DNA from: Anthoceros angustus
Taxonomy: Eukaryota > Plantae > Anthocerotophyta
Assembly: GCA_010909165.1 (NCBI GenBank)
Contig: MU008174.1
Span: 558,001-622,000 of the forward strand
DNA: 64,000 bases
Direction: 5' to 3'
The translations under genes and the position numbers were made by a program. Of this stretch, positions 27,761 to 38,575 are shown piece by piece. The notes under the pieces are model-generated. The model was not told the DNA's origin, made no database searches, and saw only the letters and a program-made list of their open reading frames with translations. How positions within the stretch are numbered: position 1 is the stretch's first letter; every line of letters starts with the position of its first letter.

Positions 27761-28731
27761 CTTATAAGGCGTTTCTGCACTGGATTCTGTGATATTTTTG
27801 TCTCTCCTTCAGGTATGTGCATGGGGTGCCCCAACCATGGAGAATGGAATCAATCTATGCAAAGATCATGATAGATCAGGGTCCCTACTCACGGTTGATG
27901 TCGGTGTATGTCGCTGTCAAGTGACAACATATACATCCACATAGAGTGTGGCAGCCTAGCCCTAGGGTACGCTTCGAATGTGTGTGATCCACTTTGTCAA
28001 ACAAATGTGCAAGAACACGAAAAGAAGCCAATTGTTGCACCCAACCTTGGGTCACACTTGTGTGCCTTCTACAGGAATGTGCAAACTTGGCAAGCATTGC
28101 ATCTGGGAAGGCTAGCTCAGTACACAGATCCAAGATGAAAGTCTGATCTTCTGCACATGTCCTTAAAACGACCCAAGCAAGTATTATGTTGCATCTAAAA
28201 TGCCGGTAACTCACACCAAAGAGCCTAGCTCTGCGGAATGGAACTATTATTGTCACAACCCATATATCCCGACCCCAGCCATCCCTCCTTTACTTCAGGA
28301 ACACTCGTCACTTGTTCCTTCAGGTACCTACATAAACTACACTTTCTTTGCGAGGAATTCCCTGCCAGTCACATATTATTGTATACCGTCCCATACGATC
28401 ATGACAGGCCAAACAACTGGCACGGTTTTGGTCGAGCATGATGGTGCGATGATTTGATCCCTACCCTATTTGATATGCGTTCAATCAGAACAGATTGGTG
28501 TCCAGCAGTGGTTCTCCACCTCATATACACATACGAGCTATGCTGGCCAGATGTGTGCCGCCAATCACTTCCTCTCTCACAATCTAGCCACCACTGGTCG
28601 AAAGCTCCAAAAAATCCTCCTTCCACGACCAGCTACTTGTAGATTAGAAACAAGCTCGTAGGTTCATAGTCCGCCATGCCCAAAACAACCACCAGAGCAG
28701 CACCTTAGCCATGGCCGCTGTGGCCACACTT
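27760..28731 (+). pseudogene. Paralog of 42035-42970: PPR relic plus 5' end of a dirigent gene, cut by a Copia LTR
   Basis: Colinear with 42035-42970; ends at ATGGCCGCTGTGGCC (dirigent start) just before the LTR. Confidence 0.8.
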
Positions 28732-29391
28732 TGAGTTTGGAAGACATACAAGCAGTGTTTAATGGGCGTGATCGGAAGATATAGTGACTTAAAAGGCTAT
28801 TGTAACTAGGTTTTAGTTTGAGGTGCTTTGCGGAAGCGTTTGATCAAAGTTTAGTGCTTTACTAATTGATACAATTAATTACAAGAGGTGGGCTTTTATA
28901 GCTTGTGTCTGGAGAGTTGTACAAGATAGCCTCTTCGGTACAAGATACCAAAGGGTATGACCACGTTGGGTTAAGCTAAGCTAACCATAACCAATGCGGT
29001 CTGTACTTCTAACTCTCCCTCTCAGACTAGTTGGGTTATCTAAATCAAAGAACTAATAATCACTTGCCCCTGGAGTATTGTATAAGTACTACGGTCTTCA
29101 ACTAAACTCAACCCACCGATCGTCACCGGTCGCAAGTAAGATTGAAGCAAGCGGTCTACAATAGCTGTCAACTTCAAGTAACTGAACGTTTTGAGATAAG
29201 ATGCGCCTCACCAAATGTGTGACTAGTCCAACTGCAAAAAGCTGCTACAGTCAACCAATCCAAGCCGTTCTCTGTGGAAGCAGTGTTTGAACTTGAAGGA
29301 TTTTGTCAAGATATCATCAGCACACCAGGGTACATACTGTACCTTAACAATTCTTCTCTCAGCAGCGTCACAAATATTATGGTGTTGAATC
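28732..29391 (-). mobile_element. Copia 3' end (RNase H tail, PPT, LTR ~28732-29013)
   Basis: Minus-strand VQYVP..ADDILTK..FHRERLGLV; purine tract GAGAGGGAGA adjacent to the LTR. Confidence 0.75.
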
Positions 29392-32300
29392 TGTAATCGG
29401 CATTCCTTGAAGACAAGAGACCAAGACACGAAGGGCGCTGCAGGATGGGATGCGAGAGAGAGATGTCTTGATTCTTGGGAGCGGGCTGAAGTAGCCTCCG
29501 CTCCTGTCCGTGCACGTGTCCTTTTCTCCTTGACTGGGGTTCTGAGTCTGGTTACTAGCTAGCTAGGTTAGTGTCATCTGGGTTAGCCTAATCAGACTTC
29601 CATTTAACCCTGGTTGGCCTATTTGCCTCAACTAGCTTCCTAATGCGCGCCTAGTCGCTGCGTCGCCTTCCTACGCTAGCTCTTTGCCTAGCTACTGATC
29701 ACATAGCTAGCATCTATCATCAAGCTGGCTTGTCTCTGTCCGCTCCACCGATTTATCCGATCGTGACATCCTCTCCTTCCTCTAGCGAGCATCAGGAGGG
29801 CCTCGTTCTTCATTCTCTGCTTTGAGTTTGCTAAGGTGTTGAACAGTTTCGATGAAGGCTTCAGTTTCCCAACTCGGGTCCTCTTGATGGTCGCCCTCCC
29901 ATCTCACCAAGTATTCCTTCACGCCCCGCCGCAACACTCGCTCGACGCCGAGAATCTCGGGTTGGAAGATGAGCTGGTCACCGCTTGAACTTGCCTCTCT
30001 GCAAGTTGCCGCACTCCTTCCTCTAGCGAGCATCGAGGGCCTCGCTCTTCATTCTCCGCTTTGGGTTTGCTAAGGTGTTGAAAGCCATGAAGGCTTGCTT
30101 CCCAACTCGGTCCTCTTGATGGTCGCCTCCATCTCACCAAGTATTCCTTCACGGTCCCGCCGCAACACTCTCGACGCCGAGAATCTCTGGGTGGAAGATG
30201 AGCCGGTCACCGCTTGAACAGATCTTCTGCAAGTTGCCGCACCCTTCCCTCCTCCTTCTTCCGCTAGCCTCGGCCACGCTTGTGGTTGGGTCCTTCTCTC
30301 CTAGTCAGAAATTCAAAGGTTGCAACACCGCACTTCCCTCCATCGGCCGATGTTGCGCTCTTCTTAGGCGATGCTTGGCCGGTGGGTCCATCGTCTAGGA
30401 ACTTCGCTGTGGAGGCTCTCCACAAACTTCTTAAGCAAGGACACATGAAAATCTGCACATCTTCCGGATCGGGCAAGTCGAGTTGGTAAGCAATCGCAGA
30501 AATTTTCTTACTTACGGCAAAGGTCCCACTCAGATGCCAACTTTGCCTTACCTTCTTGAGACGGAGTAACGATTTGGCTTGACTCTCACCTGACGAGATC
30601 TCCTACCGTCATCGCCTCTTCTTGTTGGCATGTGCGGCTCGATTCACGACTTGCATACGCAGGATGGCATCGTTAAGGGCTTCATGCATCTCTTCACTTA
30701 GCTCCACCGACTTTGGCTCGCCACCCAACACCGCCACAGACTGAGGGGCAAGTTCTGCCATAAATCATTTTGAAGGGTGAGTATCCTGCTGTCGAATGCT
30801 TTGCAGAGTTGTAGGCAACCCACCAAGGGCAGCACTTCTTCCCACTTGCTCTGCTTGTCATGGCAGTAAGGTCTGAGCAAGTCCTCCATGGTCTAGTTCA
30901 ACTTCTCGCTGGCTCCATCGGATTGTGCATGGTACGCTGAGCTCAGACATTGCTTGATGCCTAGGCTCTTGCAGAAAGTAGTCCAAAACTCAGATGTGAA
31001 CTTGGAATCTCGATCGCTCACTATCTTCTGTGGCACCCCGTGCAGTCTCACTACTTTCTTGAGGAAAATGGGAGCTAATGACTTGGCCTTTATAGTACCC
31101 TTTACCGGAATAAAGTGAGCCAATTTAGTAGCTCTGTCCATGCAAACCGGATGGCGCCATTTCCTCTCGAGTCTTGGGAAGGCAAGTCACGAAATCGCAT
31201 GACATGCTTTGCCACTTCTCGCAAGGGACTTGCGCATCAAGAGTCCCATCGAGACTTCCTTTCAACCTTCGCTTGTCGACAAGGTAAGCATGTTCTTACA
31301 TACTCTATACACTCGCCGCATGCCCTTCCACCACACATGTTCCTTCAAACATAAGTTCTCCATGCCCATGTGCCTCTCAGGAGCATCATGTGCATCATGG
31401 AGCAAGGTTAGCTTCAAGCTTGAGCAACATGCGGTATGCAAAGCTTCCTTTCTATATAGTGCCTTGATGAGTCTTCTATCTGTCCCCAAGCTCTGAGGGT
31501 CTGCCAGTAGTGACACTGTCCTCCAACTTGCGTAGGATGTTACTCAAATGCTCATCTTTCGAGGTCGACTCCCTCACCTCCTTCCACATGTCGGACTCCA
31601 CTCTGAGCAGCACACTACACCTTCTTCTGCTCAGAGCATCAGCAATTAAATTTGCCTTACCTGGGGAGTAGGAGATCGTGAAGTGGAAATCTGCCAAGTA
31701 CTCTACCCACCTTCGTTGTCTGGGGTTCAACAAAAGTTGCTTGAAAAAATGCTCCAAGCTACGATGGTCTGTGTATACCACAAACTCACTCCCATAGAGC
31801 TAATGTCTCCAAGCTTTTAGCATTTGGAAGCGATTTTTGACGGTTGTTGCATTCAGACCCCTATAGTCAATGCACATGCGGATTTTACCGTTTCGATGTT
31901 TCACGATGAGCACTGGTGCAGCATATGGTGATACAGATGGCTCCACTAATCCTTTCTTTAACAAGCCCACCGCTTGGACTGCATATTCTCACCGGAGCAA
32001 GCCCGTATGGGGCTTGCACGGGACCTCCGCCACCAAGTCTATAGCATGATCTACGTCTCTTCGGATCGATCCTTGGGGGCAGCCCCTGCATCTCATAGAA
32101 GACATCTTCAAAGGCGTCCAAGACTTCTTGCAGCTCAGAAGGTACCTCTCCCACTGCTGGCTGATCAATTTGTACGTGCTCTACTTGGCAACAACTGTAG
32201 AGAACAGCAGCATACTCCAACTTCTCTCTTTTGAGTGCCCTCCTAGCATTTCTTGTTGAGAACAACTTGTCCTTCGACTGCAAGGAGGCTCCTTGCAACT

Positions 32301-32560
32301 TCAACTCTTTGCCTTGCCATTGCAACGCTATTTCGTGCTTCCTGAACGAGATGTTGGGATCCACCTTCCACAACCAATCTTGCCCCAGCAGCACTTCATG
32401 TGCTAGAGCATCGATAACCTCGAGTCTGACCTGGTCAGTGTATCCTTGAATATTGATGCGGATCTCAAGAGGCCGACGAAGAAGACCCGGTCCAGCGTGC
32501 TCGCCAGAGGCTAGGCGTAGTTCTCCATCGCCGAGGCCACCAGCTTCAACAGCCTGTCTT
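29392..32560 (-). mobile_element. Ty3/Gypsy chromovirus, 5'-truncated, RT core deleted
   Basis: 3' LTR 29392-29768 preceded by PPT GGAAGGAGAGGA. Chromodomain KEYLVRWEG..PSWE. Integrase HGVPQKIVSDRDSKFTS..YHAQSDG. RNase H VYTDHRSL..NLIADALSR. Protease tail LLGQDWL. Confidence 0.92.
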
Positions 32561-33074
32561 CAGCTTCATGGTCCGACTTCATTTTAGCAGAGACTGGTCT
32601 CATTTGGGGCCTATATTTTCCTACGATTTTGTTTTTAAACGTACAAAATTGGAATTGGTGTAAAATCGGTCTGTGTCATATATGGCACATACGACCATAA
32701 TGTAGAAGTAGGTAGACCACCAGCTTAACAGCTTGGACAGTTAGGAGGGGCTGAACTTAGGCCGATGTATGCCTGACCATTTATTCGTGTTTCAAGCATT
32801 CATGATCTTTGTGATTTTGAGCTATGTATTGTGTATGATCATCGGCAGGTGCAACTGACAACTATTATAGCATGGACTAATTACATAGGACAGACCCAAT
32901 AACTGAACTTTCGATGTAGTAGATAGGCGTTAGAAGGTAGAACGGCGTCATGGTCATGGATCTCATGATGTGTGCAAGATGCATAACAACATCTCATCGA
33001 AGTAGGGATTATCTCCAATCTCCTTTTCCACCACTTGCCCGTTTAAAAACCAAGTCGAATTCGCAATATTTTTC

Positions 33075-33690
33075 GTACCTCTTCTTGAGCATATCCTTGC
33101 ATTCGGGAACTCCTCCAAAAATAGACTTGAAATTATTTAAGCCATATCCCTTCCAAAACATGCCCGTCCTCAAGCACTATTCTATCTACATGCCCATATA
33201 GTCTCACAAAGGACTAAGAAAGAAACGAAGGTCGAAAGTAGGATGATGCGCCGGAAGGCCGGTGCATTGAATGATGGATTCAAGAAACAAGCACTAAGAT
33301 GCTTGCAGTCAATGTTTACGATCAATGCCGCCAACATGCTCAAAACCCATGAAGAAAGAATATGTGCGCCAGTAGGCAAGCGCCAGCTTTTGAGTGTTTG
33401 TTACGACCATTTTCTTACGTAGGCAAGCGTCAGCCTTTGGTTGTTTGTTGCGACCATTTTCTTACGGCCTTGTCCAAGGCACCAAAAATTTGGACCCTGG
33501 GATAAATATGCAAGTACTAATGCTTTTCATTTCTTGAGGGACTGGTGAGTTTTTTAAAAGATTCTTTTGCATTTTGCATCTTGATTAATTATTTTTTAGA
33601 ATATATTTTTTTCATCTTGAGCCTAAGTGAGTTTTTTCAAAGATTATTTCACGTTCCACGTTTCGATTAATTAGTTTTTTGAACATTCTT
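33075..33690. repeat. Third copy of the spacer downstream of the SUV3-like gene
   Basis: Matches 11140-11710 and 45975-46440. Confidence 0.85.
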
Positions 33691-33789
33691 ATAAAATATT
33701 TAATATTTATTATAAAGATAAAATATTTAATATTTAATATTTAATATTTAATATTTTGTAAGAATGTTCAAAAAAGTAATTGATTGAAA

Positions 33790-36700
33790 GGGAGGAGGTT
33801 CCTAAAGCTGAGGAGTTGGAGGAGGCAAGGATTGAGTCGTCCTTGGTACTAGTAGTTGAAGGGGAGCCCGTTCTAGCGATAGAGAACCCGGAAGAGGTAG
33901 AGGGCAGACCACCACCAGCCATTGATTAATTTGGAAATACCAAATTAATCAATGAATCCTTAGCTCATTGGAAACAAATGTCCAGCGATGCACCTCCTTG
34001 GAAGGATGAATACTTGTGTATTTGATGACGTATAAACAACAAGATCCTCTTTGTCATTTATCATAAATGTTATCAACTTGTTATTTAATTATTATCATAA
34101 AAATATTACTTTAATATAGCATTATCTAATTATAAATTACGTTTAGGGTTCGTCTAAAGAACTGGCCTAAGTGGCCTCTTACATATAATCCATAAATATG
34201 CTACAGAGTTTACAAACATACCCTCGACCAAAACTTTGACAACTGTCTCCAATATCGCCCTTACAAACATACCCTCGACCAAAACTTTGACAACTGTCTC
34301 CAATATCGCCCAGTACCACATCTCCCACCAAACTGGCCAGTCTCGAAACCTTCTAGCCCTAGCTATATAATCTGGAACAAGTAAACACACCCTAAGATGG
34401 AACGACCCACCGGAAAAGCATTTCAACCATGGTCACTGTGGATCGATCCCAATCCGACCCTACTATCTCTCCTCATTCTGGGTGCATTGTTTTGTACACT
34501 AGCTAGACCTCGTCGCTCCCATCTCTCCATAGGTTGCCCAAGCACAGGCCGAGCGCCATGGCCGCTGTGGTCGCATTCCGACCGTCGACTCTACTACCTC
34601 CCCTCATTCTGGGTGCATTGTTCTGTACACTAGCTAGACCTCGTCGCTCCCATCTCCCCATAGGTTGCCCAAACACTGGCCAAGCCCCATGGCCGCTGTG
34701 GCCGCATTCCGATCGTCGACTCTACTACCTCTCCCCATTCTGGATGCATTGTTCTGTATACAAGCTAGACCTCGTCGCTCACATCTCCCCATAGGTCGCC
34801 CAAGCACAAGCCGAGCCCCAATTACCAGAAGCTCATTGAGCTGAGCTTCTTCCTGCACGATGACGTGGATGTGGCCCACTCGAGCTCCTTTTTCGCGCAG
34901 ATTAGTCCCATGACGAAAATCCGTGCTTAGTGGACTTAAATAAAATTCTTCTTCTTCTTCTTCTTTTTCGTGCTGCAGCCCGCAATGGGCTTCCCGTAAA
35001 GTCTCATGTGTGTGCAAATGGCTTAGGCCAAATGGACACACATTTATAAGAACGTGATTATTAAGCATCCTGCACTTAGATCGGTACTTAGATGGGGTGC
35101 CTAAAGAAAATGGATGCCCTTGGTGCTAGTAGCTTAGGTATACTTGGATCAGTACTTAGATGGGGTGCCTAAAGGAAATGAATGCCCTCGGTGCTAAGTA
35201 GCTTAGACATACCATAGCCTCGGTGCTAAGTAGCTTAGACATACCATAGTACAAGTTGTTAAGTACTAAGTCCCGTGATGGAAATCTGTCCTTAGTGGAC
35301 TTAAATAAAATTCTTCTTCTATAACTATAAGTCTAACCCTTAAATCTTGCCGTGCCCGATCTAAAATCTAAACAGGCCAGTCTTCTTTAGGATATAGTAA
35401 TTCCCTAGACTAGACTGAGCTGCATAATCAGCGAACCCTTTTGTTCCCAACGGAAAAACTATGCGCCAGTCCGTCCATGTCTGTCCACCAGCTTTGACCG
35501 GGCTGCTTCCATGCCCCTATTCGTTTCCTCCTCGCCTGCATCTCCTGTGCCTGTTCCCACATCTGGGCACCGGTGTATATGTTCGACATCAACACATATG
35601 CTGCAGCATCTTCCTGGTCTAGCTTCACGGCTTCGTCAAAAGCATGGCATCCCAACTCCACATGGCTCCACTTTCGACAGGCAGCCAGCAGAGTGTGCCA
35701 AACTGCAGCATCATGCATTCCAGGCACAGTCCTTCCAAAGCTAGTGCCTCGTCCAGTCGACCTGCACGACCCAGGAGATCCACCATACACGTGTAATGGT
35801 CCAGTGTGGGAGTTATGCCATGGTACCTGCTCATAGACTCAAAGTACTGTCGCCCTTGCGTGACTAGACCTGCATGACTGCATACTGTTAGCACATGAAG
35901 AAATGTGATGCCGTCTGGCTGTATACAATCCTCTCTCATTCTCCGAAGCAGGCCAAAGACCGCCTCACTATCTCCTTGACGAGTGTGGCCTGCTATCAGT
36001 GCATTCCAGGCCACAGCGTCTCTCTGAGGCAATGCTTCAAAGACCTTGTGTGCGTCAACCATGCTACCACACTTTCCATACATGTCTATTAAACTGCCAG
36101 CTACAAGCACATCAGCTTGGAGCCCTTGCTGCTTAATCTGGACATGAAGCTGCCTTCCCAGATGTAAAGCTGCAAGATTTGCACATGACTGCAGGAGAGA
36201 CAAAATGTCACACAATTGGGTGTAGCTGTGCTTCCTGTTGCATAGCGCTGTAAAGAGCAAGTGCATCTTGCCCCATCCCCTGCTGGGAATATCCTGCAAT
36301 AAGGGCATTCCACGTCACCAGATCTTTCTGAGGAAGTCTGTCAAACACGGCCTGAGCACATTCCAGGCTTCCGCACTTGGCATACATGTTTACCATGCTG
36401 TTGGCTACAGACACATCCCCAGAAGCCCTCGTTCTCTAATCTGTGAATGAAGGTCTTTGCCCTTCTCCAAAGCCGGGGTGCCCACACTTGCACATGCCTG
36501 CAACATGCACACAAATGTCACAGAATCAGGTGTAACCGTGCCTTCTTTCTGCATTTTGTTGTAAAGACGAAGTGCTTCCTGGCCCATGCCCTGCTGGGAA
36601 TAGCCTCCCATAATGGCATTCCAAGTCACCACATCCTTTTTGGCAAGTCCGTCAAAAACTCTCTGAGCGTCCTCCAAGCTGCCACACTTTGCATACATGT

Positions 36701-37805
36701 TCACCAAGCTGTTGGCCACAAACAAATCAGTCTGAAGCTCTCGTTCTCTGATTTGTGCATGAATGTGCTTCCCATTCTCCAAAGCCGAGGCGCCCACACA
36801 CACACACGCCTGTAGGAGGGACACAAACGTCACAGAATCGGGTGCTGCCAGGCCGTCTTCTTGCATAGCCCTGTAAAGATTGAGGGCTTCCTGGCCCATG
36901 CCCTGGTGGGAATATCCTGCTATCATGGAACTCCATGTCACCACATTTTTCTGACCAAGTCCATCAAACACGCCCCGAGCATCTTCTAGGCTCCCACACT
37001 TCGCGTACATGTGCACCAAACTGCTAGCTATGAACTCGCCAGTGTTTACTCCGTCTTCTCTGATTCGTGCATGCAGGTGCTTTCCCATCTCCAAAGACGG
37101 GGTGCCGAAACTTGCACATGCTCGGAGGAGGCTCACATATGTCACAGAATCTGCAACCAAGCCTTCCTCTTCCATAGCACTGTAAAGGCGAAGGGCTTCC
37201 AGTCCCATGCCTTGCTGGGAATACCCTCCTATCATGGCATTCCATGTCACCACATTTTTTTCCCCAAGTCCATCGAACACTCTTTGAGCATCTTCCAAGC
37301 TACCACACTTTGCATACATGTTCACCAAACTATTAGCTACAACCACATCGGCAACATATCCACATTCTGTTATGTGTGCGTGAAGCTGCCGCCCTTTCCC
37401 CATCGCTGGGGCGCCCAGATTTGCACATGCTTGCAGGAGGCACACAAATGTTACAGAATCGGGCACAGCCATGCCTTCTTCTTGCATAGCATTGTAAAGA
37501 TGAAACGCTTCCTGGCCCATGCCCTGCTGGGAACACCCTGCTATCATGGCATTCCATGTCACCACAGTTTTCTTACCAAGTCCGTCAAATACTTGCTTGG
37601 CGTCTTCCAAGCTGCCACACTTGGCGTACATGTCCACCAACGAGCTACAGACAAACAAATCGGGCTCTACTCCAGTGGCCAGCACATCAGCGTGCACCTG
37701 CTTCCCAGCTTGCAAGTCTGCTCCCCTCGCACAGGCCTGCAGGGCTGCCACAAACACATGCCCATCTGGCTTCACACTTGACTTCCCCATCCGATGATAC
37801 AGTTC
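33790..37805. repeat. Segmental duplicate of 59800-63470
   Basis: Same order in both: LTR-element ORF tail fused to SUV3-like tail, dirigent 5' repeats, then a near-identical PPR gene. Confidence 0.9.
34428..35000 (+). pseudogene. Dirigent pseudogene with a triplicated ~131-bp signal-peptide segment
   Basis: Three units starting 34428, 34558 and 34689 (MAAVVAFRPSTLL..LILGALFC), followed by ELSFFLHDDVD, then truncated. Confidence 0.8.
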
Positions 37806-38425
37806 TATGGCTTCCTGGCTGCACCATGGTGAACATGTGCAGAAATGATGGAAGACCACATGAAGGAATCTGGTTCGGGAACCATGGTGAACACATCCAT
37901 CGCTTCTTGTAACCTGCCATGGGCAACATACATTCGCATAACGTGGTTGCACAAGAACGTATCCGATTCATACCCCGTTTTCACCGTGCAGGCATGTACA
38001 CAGCGAGCCAGAACAAGAGCCTTCTTGACTGCACATTTCTTCAAGACAGAATAAAACAGAGATGTAGAAATCCAACAGTCTGTCTGCACCAGAATTCCCA
38101 AAGCCTCGACAGCCTCCGTGAGCCGCCCCTCACGACATAGCTCGCTCACGGTTTCAGCCGTAACAGCCCTTTCGTGTCCTGCAAGCCTACCAAGGTCACC
38201 AGCCTCCAATGCGCTCCAGTTTGATGCAGGGATAGCACAACCCATCTGCATATCCAGAGCAGCCATCGCAGCATCCACCCAAGTTGGCTTGTTCACCCGG
38301 ATGTCAGGCGACCGGGACGCAAAACTGCTGCACCTGGTGGCTCCGTTGGTGGCTAACGGTTGGTTCCTAGAAGTCAGGTGAGCGCTAGCTCTTCCTAGAA
38401 TGCCTATTAACCTCAAGACACGCAT
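35428..38425 (-). CDS. PLS-class PPR protein with E domains and a truncated PG-box (WW-type); four frameshifts (pseudogene or sequencing errors)
   Basis: Repeated MYAKCGSLEDA..VFD, VVTWNAMIAGYSQQG and DSVTFVCLLQAC motifs; HYTCMVDLLGRAG; C-terminal KQPGQSWWTDMDGLAHSF; R/S/A/L-rich N-terminus resembling a transit peptide. Breaks near 37815, 36418, 36230 and 35735. Confidence 0.9.
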
Positions 38426-38575
38426 GGCTTGCAGGAGGACACCTGAAACTGGGCATGCATCATGCAGCAATGATCAGATCACCAGTCCATCTTCGTGAGC
38501 CTTTAGTACGTCTGTCAATTGCCTGCAACGTGTCTGGGCCAGCAAACCTTATCGTTATGCTTCCATATCCCTCCT

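Noticed and set aside
34210-34310. 51-bp direct repeat giving a duplicated peptide in ORF 34154-34426
   Set aside because: Simple local tandem duplication, single-copy in the paralog at ~60210; no evidence of coding function.
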